Positions 53,473-64,000 of a stretch of DNA of 64,000 bases are shown here, one piece after another; the stretch's first letter is position 1; every line of letters begins with the position of its first letter. The stretch comes from Tubulanus polymorphus (taxonomy: Eukaryota > Animalia > Nemertea). The DNA lies in NCBI RefSeq assembly GCF_964204645.1, contig NC_134026.1, forward strand, positions 29,918,150 to 29,982,149, given 5' to 3'. The translations under genes and the position numbers were made by a program. The notes beneath the pieces were generated by a model. The model was not told where the DNA came from. It did no database searches and worked only from the letters and a program-made list of their open reading frames with translations.

Positions 53473-53792
53473 TCGTAAATACGCGTGTGTCCCACTGTTA
53501 CTATGGGCGTTAACGCTAATAACGCAGTAATATCATCACGGCGATGAGAAAATTATGAAGAAACTAATAGTTACAATTAATTGCATATATTTGCCTTGAA
53601 ACAACAGAAATGGCGTTCGAAAAGAGGCATGTGCTGTGAAGGGAATGTGCTAGGTATACGAGATAGCTGTATAATAAGAAGCATCGCGTTTTAGAAACAA
53701 AAAGACCTCGACTTAATGATACCATATGGAGTCTATTTTCTGTTTGAATTGTATGTGATATGTATAAAGGCAATTTGAAAGACGTAGATATA

Positions 53793-53855
53793 CCCAATTC
53801 CGCCCTTATTCCACCCCAATTCCGCCCTCATTCCGCCCAAATTCCGCCCTAATTC
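53793..53855. repeat. 11-bp tandem repeat, 5 copies (GC-box-like)
   Basis: AATTCCGCCCT / TATTCCACCCC / AATTCCGCCCT / CATTCCGCCCA / AATTCCGCCCT. Confidence 0.8.
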
Positions 53856-56596
53856 GTGTATTTCGAGGCGCCTTTGCGCTTCTCGTATGTCGCTGTGATA
53901 CGGCCATTTACTACTCCACACGATAAAGCCACAAATCGACGATTATTTTTATCCCCGACCCGCCGCTGTTGCAAGCTGAAGATAACACCTGACTTTGACA
54001 CGGTCGACTGAACTATTTCTCTTCGGGTCAAATAAATTCCAACCGATTGCGTCTCGGTGGAAATGTAAAAGAACTATACCAATTGACGGTATTCGCTCGC
54101 AATTTATATGTAGATTTCCAGCCGTCGATAAATACTGATAAAAACCCTCGATCTCCAGGCATGTTGAGACAAACTGACCATTCGGGAATCCTCTCAAGAA
54201 AGAAACGCATTAAGGTAAATTGACCATCCTGATGATTTCGACATTGTCTGTCGGACCAAATTTGATTATCAGCCATTTGGAAGGCAATTGCCGAGGCATG
54301 GCACAAATTGAAATGAATCCATTCGCATTCTCAGGATTTCTATCATCAAAAAGGTTCCCTCAATATAGTTAGGACACGATAAAAACCGATTCTGTTCATT
54401 CTGAAAGCAATCTCCGTCGCATTGATAAATCAAATTACTTCGATGATGACATGTCTAGAACCTTTAAGCCGTTCACTACCTGTTACACTTAGAATAAAAT
54501 TAGCATATTCTTAGAGAATTCGACACGAATATATCAGAAATAAAAACCGTGCAGCGAACTAAATAAGTGGATCCATAATGATCCATGTATTATTCAATAT
54601 GAATCACTGTAACGTGATATTCCCGTTATTTCATTTTTATTTTTTTTTTTTGGGGGGGGGGGGTAGATTATCAGGACGTGAGGTAAAAAATCTATGAGAG
54701 ACTTGAGCCCTGAAAACTGGACCCTGATTGAATGATACCATTCCAACAACATGAGCAAACAATTTAGCCGGAACAGTATTATTCAGGAATGATAAACTAC
54801 TAAATGCCGGGGTGATGGAATCTAAATGGAAATCGGATCCGTAGGAAGTGATCATGCATAAATTGCCGTTGCTGTGCCGGTGTACAAGGCGGATGATGTG
54901 GGGAGAGAGAAGACGAAGAAAGTGATGGATGAGTGAGAAAGTGCCATAACGTTGATGGGGCATCGTTTTTATTGTGACTAAGGTAAATGGAATCGACGTA
55001 TTTGAAATTGGGAAGTCGATTAAATAAATGGGAGGCATAGAATTTCGTGATTTTAAGTCGAGATCGAGAGATAATTCAATTGGATTTTAAATCGCGTGTC
55101 TGTCAACGACAAACGAATCAAGATTATTTTTGTTACCAGGTTTCAGATTATTCAAAGACTGCGGTATAGGATAATATTCCCAAAGAACAAATCTGTTCTT
55201 TGTGTCATTAGGAAATTAATTCATTAGGCATTTCTTCGTGATACGTGACACCAAACACACTACTCTCAGACTTTTCTTTATTCATTCTTGGATATAAGTC
55301 GCCATCAAAGCGTATAGTGGCATTCAATGCAAAGGTCGCAATACGCTAAAAGAACAAAGTTTACGAAAAGTCAATAAATGACGTAAATGATTCAAGATCA
55401 AACCAAAGGTTGACTTTCACTGAAAATTACATGATTTGGAAATCACCAGTATCAAGAATCACCAGTATATGAAGAGTCGTTTTTATAATTTTGCGTTTAG
55501 ACGATCTTCGTGTAAAATGTTTGAAAGATAGACAGTATATAAACAACACCTGAAGCCACGTCATTGATTAGACATATATAATTACATACACGGCATAATT
55601 TTGTTGTGACATTTAAGATGCTCTGTGTTTTTTCCAGTGATACTGCGTGCAGGAAACGGAATCATCAATAACGCCCTTTCTTTTCTCCGTATTTTAATAA
55701 AATGATTTCCAGTCGATTTAGAATTCGCTCGACGTTCGCGTTCCCGGAGCTCATTTATGGAGATTAAAACAAAGCAATTGTAATGGGAAATCGGCATTGA
55801 TTGATTGCACGATTCTACAGGTAAAGAATAATAGTAGCAACTAAACGATAATCTCTGTTATTACTGAGAATTATTTTCCACATAACCCGACTGTCTGCAG
55901 GGAATCGATTATTCCAACAACACGACGACGATGAAACATTTTTACAGCTATCGCCAATGAATACAGCGTTACCCCCGGGGAGTTGGACTTTTTCAGTTTG
56001 TGAGACGTGCAACTCGATACGTTCTGTAATTACATACAAAATCTCATCGTATCCTCCTCCAACCCATCAGCGAGCAACTAGACAGACGGATCTTTTTACT
56101 TACTACATAATCAGAAAGATATGAACAAAAAAGAATTGAGAATCGAATGCCAATAGAATCTAAGGTAAAATCGTACCGCCTGAGATCACAATACAGAACG
56201 TAGAACAGCACGCACGCAATCGTGGTTGTATGTTTCAGTATCAGAGTGGTTCTAAAAGGGTTAAATGAGCTAATCAACTGTAATTAAGATTCATGGCGTA
56301 TTCTTCAAAATAAAATGACGTAAGAAATTGAGCTGTAGTCGATTGTACGTACAAATCGTTCCGTTCTACATGAATGACCAATATGTTTCCTCATTACAGT
56401 TCATTTAATTGATAGAACGGTTAATTTCCCCGAGAAGGCAGCAGCGTGCGTGGTACATTTACATAAAGTTCGCAGTTTCTGTTTCCACCAAAGATTTATT
56501 GTCGGATCGTTAAATAAACGACATGTAAATAACTACACAATGTACTACAAACCGAAAACTACTTTGCAACCGCTTTCTCTGAGATCTATTTATTAT

Positions 56597-59500
56597 TTAA
56601 CTAAATGTTGTTTCTGTCTTTAGCTTCTCCTTTAATGTTTTCACATACGGAATTTTAGTTGGAATCTTTTGGCGTTGTAGCCAGTCATACAAGGATTTGT
56701 CGCAGTTGTGCGTAAATTCTCGGTTGTTGATTATAGGAAAAGAGAACTTACTCTCGCAATGCAATGGTTTACCACTAAATACACCAGTTTCTGTACAAGT
56801 GCGTCGATCCGATCCATCAATAGGCACAAAACCAGACAAACAATTCTGTTCTACGGAGTCTCCTACTAAATATCTATCAGATAAATCTACAAACATTGCG
56901 TTTATTCCTGGTTCTGGCATCCCGCAACTCATTGCTTTAAAAAAACAACATTATTCATGCATATATACAAATACATAAAGAGATATGTGATGAACAGCTA
57001 TATACAACGTGCACTTACGACATTTAGGAATAATACAATGGTCCCATCTGTAGAAATGGTCAGTCGTATAACACCAAGGTGAAGGATAAGAAGAAGAACT
57101 GACATATCTACAATTATCGGCTGTTAATGATAGATCATTATCAACGAACATACTGGCGTTGAATACCGGATGTTTGTGAGGATGTTGCGAGTCGAATCGT
57201 TGACATTGTTTATTACGACTAGTGATCTTCTGCGTACCCTTGTATTCCCGACCATATCTGCTTATCTGGCAGTTACTGCTGGCGGTATCAAAATCTAAAA
57301 GAAGTATCGGGGCGTGTTTGATTTCACGTCTAAACGTTGGGAAGTGACGTCGTAATTTTCTAAGAATCGAAATTACCAGAATAACAGGTTGGATAAACGC
57401 TGTAGTTTGTCCATATTTTGGTGACGTCAGGACCGCCGAAACATGATATGTATACTGGTTCACCTTGCATGTAATAACCAGCAGCACATGTTAGTATTTC
57501 TTGTTCGCCGATTTCGTAAAATGTTTTGTCGTTTTTGGACACGAGATACGAAGGTTTCTGTGGTGGAGGACAACTTTCACCTACAAATAACAATATGTTT
57601 CCGGATTCGTAACAGAGCTGTATAGCTTTTATCAGGGCCCTTACTGAGTTCGAAATTCCCTGATTTCTCCTGAGCTTTGACCACAAATTCCCTGATTAAA
57701 TTGTAAGATATCCTCAATAGGGGCTGTTTCTTATCAAGAGATTCCTTATGCCATTCATCACCAGCAGGAAAATTTAACGCAAAAAATTGCTTTGTCTTTT
57801 CCCTGCTTTAGAATTCCCTGATTTTATTTCTGGTCTAAGAACCCTATATAATAAATGAATAGTCATTATATTTAGAAATAGCGTACCTTTTACCGCACAG
57901 ACAGGGGCCGAACCTGTCAACTTGCCATCAGTACAGTTCCGCTTTAAAGATCCACTATACAGAGAATACCCATCCTTACAAACATACTCAACATAATCAT
58001 CATTCAAATACTCTATTTTCCTGTCAATGATATCAGCTTTGATCTGGTCGTCGATGAGAGCTCCACAACTTTGTACGGCTGTAAATTCAGATGATACAAA
58101 AATGAACCATGTGCGGGTCACAAAAAATGCCGAAACTACGAAATTTATGGATGAATGCCGCATTAAGGTTTTCTCATGCAGGGTGGATGATTTATACTTT
58201 TATTTCTGGTTACTTACGACATAATGGAATATTACAGTGATCCCAGAACATGTTTGGATCGGTAGTTAAACACCACGGGGATGAAGCAGCCGAATAACCA
58301 TTACGGCAATGATCTGCTACTTCTTCCATTGTGTCATCGGGAAAATAATACGACTCGTTCCATTGTTTGTGGGCGTGAGGAACATGTGAGTCCCATCTCT
58401 GACATGGAGTTCCGCGTTTTGTTTCGCTTACGTTTCCCAAGTATTCGCTACCGACAACCGATATTCGACAAGTTCTTACAGCTGCATAAGGAGCTACAAT
58501 AGATGAGATGTTTGTAGCTAAATGCATTTTCAAATCTCTAAAATAATCGTAATATGGATTTTTGTAAATAAAGAATGAAATATACGTACACATACAACTA
58601 GTGAAGCTGTCTGCGTGCCAGGTAGCGTTAATACATGTGATATTGTGTAATGTACCAACTCGACGGTATCCAGATTTACAAACTAGTGATACATTGGATC
58701 CAGATTCATATACCTCTTTTGATAAGTGTAACTCAACACCAGCAGGGAGATCTTCCTTCTTTTTACACGAATATGCTAAAAATCAATTTCATAAGTGGGA
58801 TGTTTCGTTTCTATACGAATGAAGTTAGAAATCATTAAAATACGATGTTCTAGTCTAACACAGGGCTTCTAACATTTGTTAATGTATTGGTCCAAACTTA
58901 ATGATCATTATCATCATATCTTAAGTTATTCAGTAATATAGATATTGAGAGTGGACTTATACACGATCAAATGTTACAAGCCTCTGTGAAGTGTCCATAA
59001 TTTACTTGGAGCACATTTTGGATATTCAGTATATTTCCAGTCATCGCCACCGAAGCATTGAATGTTATCAGGTCCGATCAACTTGAAGCCGATTCCGCAG
59101 GAAAGAAACGCCATTTCACCAGACATATAAACATCCTTGCTGTTTAATATTGTGAGTTCATCTGGTAAATCAGTCGGCCGTGTACAGTTTGATTTCAGAT
59201 TCGATGCTGTAAATTCAAAAATTCGATCGCATCTAATTTATCATCGAAAAGTAGTTAACGATAAATTAAAATGGCTAATTAAAGAAAGAAAATAGCCCAA
59301 AAAGGTTTCGTTTTATTAATGGCATCTATCTTCGATGGCATTCTTGATGCTGACTATCAGGATATACGTTGTCCTGACCGAAGGAAACCTTTTCGGACTC
59401 AATGGTTATAGCATACTTACGAAGACAAACAGAAGCGGGTTCAAATAGAGAAGAGAGTGAACATTCTTGTTTCAACGATCCGCGTACGAGTTCATAACCA

Positions 59501-62500
59501 TCTAAACATTCATGGAATACGGTATCACCAACTCTATATTCATCAGCTTCATCGCTTATGATATGTGTATTCGTTCCTTCATTAGGTTTACCGCATATAC
59601 GAGCTGTTCGTTGAGCACAAAAATCATACAAATCAATTGAAGTATCTGTTTATATCTGAAATATCGTTTCAAAACTCAGTAAAAACTTACTGCAATAAGG
59701 AATATCGCAGTAATTCCAGTCTCGAATATATGATGAATCGTCCACATGACACCAGGGGGCGGCGTGAATAAGACTCGGATTTCTGCAGTAATTATCGGCT
59801 GACTCGACAGATCCATCCGGAAACTGATTGTCATTGTAAGCCGGTGAATGTTGTGCCCATCGTTTACAAGGTTGACCAGTTTCTGTCACTTCCGTGGTTC
59901 CTATGTATTCCGCACCGAGAGGTGAAATAATACAAACTCGCTCTGCATCGGCTTTTGCTAAAATAAAAGTAAAATCCAGTTAAGAAAATCGACAAATTGA
60001 AGCGGTGTTAACAGGTTAACGATAACCAATTAATCTAATTAATATTCCAATTCATTTTACCATAACATGTCGGCAGATTGACAGCATCCCACTCGTTCCC
60101 TGTTACACACGTTATGATTTTATTATCCCCTTTTATGAAGTATCCAGGAGCGCACTGTATTTTTACTTGTTCTCCGAGAGAATATCTTTGTTTAACCCGA
60201 CTTGGAACGACACCGTCCGGGAGAGCGGGCAATACACACTTTTCTGTCGAATGGAAAGAAAAACGTTACGAGCATAATATCTATCATATTATTACTATTA
60301 TTATTATTATAACTTTATTTCCTGAATGAATTTTAACAGAGTATAATCAAGTACATCGATATCATAAAATAAGATATGATAAACATAGATTGTTACAAAA
60401 TGTTATATTATATCAGTGGGACAACATGAAATAAAGATATGCATGTACTTTAAATGGTCACCTAAGCTATTGAAACTGAAATACCATGGACAAAAGACTT
60501 TTATACGAGGAAAGCAGTTTCATTTTAATGCATGACTTGGCGCGATCATTTTGCTTTTTCAATTTTACCTAAACAGGTAGGTACAACTCCCGAGAATAAC
60601 CCCGTTCGAAGACACGTTCTTTTCATCAAACTCGTGGTCGATACGGTCTCAAATGTTTCATCGATACATCGATAATGAATTTCATCGCCAACTACGAATC
60701 GATCCGTGGAATTCAGAATCCGAACCGATACACCTTGTTCCGGGTAGCATCGTATTTCTGAAAATACACAAATTCATTTAAAATGACAAAACTTATCGAA
60801 CCTGAATTAGGTATAGATGAATTTATTCAAACAAACCTGAACAAACGGGGGGATCTTCAAAAATAATCTCTCCAGATGGAGCACACATTCCTACTAGCAT
60901 TCCCTTTTCCAGGTAATAGTTAACGTCACAGGAATAGTAAACGAATTCTCCGACCCAATAATCGGGATAATACGATTCCAATTCATACGCATTAGGTATT
61001 TCACCAGGAATACATGTAATAGCTGGAAATATACATTCACATGATCGGCAATAAAAGAGTTAATATTTCTGAAATTCAAAAGATGCCTCGTTTGATGATA
61101 AGTTAAAATGTACTGACGGTAACAGAGCGGACTAAGATCATTCCATTTTCCATCTGATTGGCAGGTGCGTGACCGATCATCTTCTGGTTGGAAGAAAAAC
61201 TCATCACATTCAAACGCGATCGTGTCATTTTCGTGATAAACAGTGTTACTATCATTAACAATGTGGATTCCAGCTAAATCTGTCGGTTCTTCACATCTTA
61301 CTAGGATAATTTCTGCAACAAAAATGATCATATTTTCGTTAGATAGGGGAGAGAGTTTCAGGTGCATGTCAATAACAAGACAAAATACTTACCTTTACAT
61401 CGGGGCGTTAAAGATGACCAACTACCGTCAATCTGGCATGTCATTGATAATTGATCATCAGAAGTATATCCATGTGCGCAGGTGAACATTAGTTCATCAC
61501 CAGGAAATACTGGTGATCCTTCAGCATGGCTGTTCATAGAATTAGCCACAAATGGAACTGTACATGTTACTGAAATATTAAAAGAGACGTAAGTTCCATA
61601 TAGGTAGATAGACAAGGATAAAATCTAAGAGTCGTTTGTCGGGATTGACTGCTGCACCTGAACACGCGGGAGGGTTATCAGTGAAGTTGCCGCTTTTTAA
61701 ACATTGACGTGTCAGAGATCCACTTAACAAGGCATATCCGCTTCCGGAACACTCGTATTCAACAAAGTCACCCTCGAAATATTGTTTTGTTTTATTGGTA
61801 ACAATTGCTGAAATACCTGCTTCTGGAATACACTCAGTAACAGCCTCTGTAATAAACATAGCGATATTTTACTCTTATGAATGAAGGATGTATTTAATCA
61901 AGATGTGTTTGTCTCGAAGAAGTAAGATGAAACGTCTTACCAACACAATGAGGAGGCGTCGACCCGAATGAACCATCGGATAGACACGTTCTATCTGTTT
62001 CTCCACTTACGACTGTCATTGTTGATATCTTACATCTATATTCAGCATGTTCACCAGTATTATAGTGAACCTTATTCACATCGACTAGTTCTGAACCAAT
62101 TCCCGGTTCGGGGTTTAGACACCCATTTACTGCAGAAACATTGCAGACAATCCTTTACTTAATTCCCAAATGATAACAAATAATAGCTATTTGTTTTCTT
62201 TTTACCTCGACAATTAGGTAGGGATCCGCTTAACGTTCCATCCCACTGACAAACTCTGTCTAAATCGCCAGAAACATGAACGGTATCTGCCGCCTCAGTA
62301 TTTCCACATCTATATTTGACTGTACTACCAGCATACCATCCAAGTCTAGATGGATTAGCTATAGTCGCAAGAGTGCCGAGCTCCGGTTCTCCGCAACTTG
62401 TCTCTGAAAATGAAATTTTCATTCGCTCTAAAAACGATGTCAAATCTTAAATTATGGTTGATTTCTAGGATACTCTTAAGAATACGGACTGCACATTGGA

Positions 62501-64000
62501 ATTGTACAATTTTCTTTTTTCAAGGTAGATTTTGAGAAACACCACGGGGTTTTTGCACCATCCGGATTCCTGCATTTATTTCCAGCAGCGACGACAGAGC
62601 CATCGATGAACATTGAATCGGTATGGTAAACAGTAGGAGTATCTGACGTCCATTCCATACATGTATCTCCGGTATCAGTTTTACTTTGCGAACCGCGATA
62701 CACCCAGTTCTTAGTCGGAAGTCGACAGTAATTTTCAGCTTCTAAGAATTCTAGAAATAGATTTGAAAAAATACGAATGAAATTTGTGCCAAATGTAAGA
62801 AATTGAACGCGTCCAGCTCGCCGTTTACCTATGCATTGTGGTAATTGTCCCTTTATCCATAAGTCATCTCCGTAGCAGGTCACCTCAGATGGTTGGTTCA
62901 GTAAGATGTAACCAGACTTACACGAGTAAAATGCTTTTTCCCCAGAATTGTAAATTCTGTTATCATTCACAGTAACACCAGGCATAACCAGCACTGGACA
63001 AGGAGCTTCAGCTGTAGAAGCTGCAAATCAACAATTCCATAATGTATCAAAGTTCATTCATAACCCATGTGAGTATGGATATCTATTAGGAGACACAGCA
63101 ACTATGAGATGATGATTACATTTACAAACTGGTGGTTCATCTTTGAAAAATCCATCGACGTCACAAACACGATTCCTCGATCCAGATACATGGTCAAAAT
63201 CCGGTATACAAACGTAGTTAACCGTATCACCAACAAAATACTCAATATAATCGTCGGTGATTATAGTATTTGTACCGGGTTCTGGAACTCCACAACTTCT
63301 CTCTACAAGATCAATTTCTACATTCTAAACATCAATTAAGGAAGCTTTCGATTGAACGTTTTCCGGTTCAGGAATAGCAATTCCGGATTACAAACTCTCT
63401 ACCGGCTGTTTCTATGGAATAGCAATTCCGGATTACAAACTCTCTACCGGCCGCCTCTATCGGGTTTACAGATTATGCTATTCCGGAATAGGAAGTGCAT
63501 ATTCTGATCGAAACGAACGCACCGAGTATTACGGAACCGGAAAAGGCCTACCTAAGTATCAATAAGAAACAGTATCGGGTAGTGAGCACTTACTACAAAC
63601 AGGAACATCGCAACTTTCTCTTTTTACTTCAGAATTCAGTGTATAACACCATATACGACCATAAACCGAAGCCGGATTTCGACAATAATTCTTGGCAGCG
63701 TTTACATCACGTTCTGGGTACCACGGGCCCCAGGTTAAACTGTGTTTAACAGGTGTTTGTGATGCCCACGCTTGACACGTAAAGCCTGATCTCGTCACAG
63801 ACACAGTTCCCATATATTCAGTACCACGTGGAGGATTAGTTATACATTGCTTTACTGCTTCATCTTTAGCTGCAACGACATCAACAATCTATTTGCTATG
63901 ATATGTATGAATGTATAGATAACTCATCAATACGATACCTTACCATAACATTTAGGGAAACCACTCGACCAAAGTTCTCCTCCGTAGCACGTTTTATATG
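56597..64000 (-). CDS. Large mosaic protein of CCP (sushi) and kringle domains; 5' part lies outside the window
   Basis: Kringle exons (CRNP...PWC...CxIPxC): 63594-63869, 62490-62741, 59691-59957, 58218-58493, 57019-57294. CCP exons: 63944-end, 63120-63302, 62829-63020, 62206-62403, 61941-62129, 61658-61846, 61393-61569, 61118-61312, 60837-61022, 60569-60757, 60061-60243, 59421-59603, 59006-59206, 57887-58078, 57377-57580, 56752-56934. All complete exons are multiples of 3 and phase 1-1. The stop at 56597 assumes read-through of the last donor; an AATAAA follows it. Confidence 0.88.
57633..57846. mobile_element. Copy of the TTCCCTGA (hAT-like) MITE family in an intron
   Basis: CAGGGCCCTTAC...AAATTCCCTGATTAAATTGTAAGATATCCTCA...TAAGAACCCT, similar to 1977-2251. 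Confidence 0.65.
63359..63544. mobile_element. Small intronic MITE-like element with an internal direct duplication
   Basis: TTTTCCGGTTC...GAACCGGAAAA termini. GGAATAGCAATTCCGGATTACAAACTCTCTACCGGC occurs twice, 45 bp apart. Confidence 0.55.

Noticed and set aside
56044-56277. Terminal or TM-encoding exon of the kringle/CCP gene
   Set aside because: Splicing in the required phase 1 gives a stop after two codons, and the listed ORF is in another frame with no recognisable domain.

Overview
Compact, AT-rich animal genomic DNA with many short GT-AG introns. It is most likely lophotrochozoan; the multi-copy CCAP precursor and a TyrB10/GlnE7/ThrE11 globin are compatible with a nemertean, but that is inference. 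Left to right: a DOCK1/DOCK180-type Rac GEF (minus, ATG 13752, 3' end unresolved at the left edge); a CCAP-type neuropeptide precursor with three peptide copies (minus), whose likely CRE/TATA promoter lies about 13.4 kb upstream; a 141-aa globin (minus); HYI (minus) head-to-head with TATDN1 (plus); TMEM214 (minus); an intronless LRR-Ig transmembrane gene (plus); and the 3' part of a large mosaic gene (minus) with at least 16 CCP/sushi and 5 kringle domains, one per phase-1 exon. Introns and spacers hold several MITE families. The most unusual observations are the protease-less kringle/CCP mosaic, a family of palindromic elements with minimal hammerhead-ribozyme motifs on both strands, a frame-coupled 8+16-nt microexon pair in DOCK, and a foreign exon-like cassette followed by about 13 tandem donor-like repeats in a TMEM214 intron. 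All exon structures were derived by eye, without alignment or transcript data.
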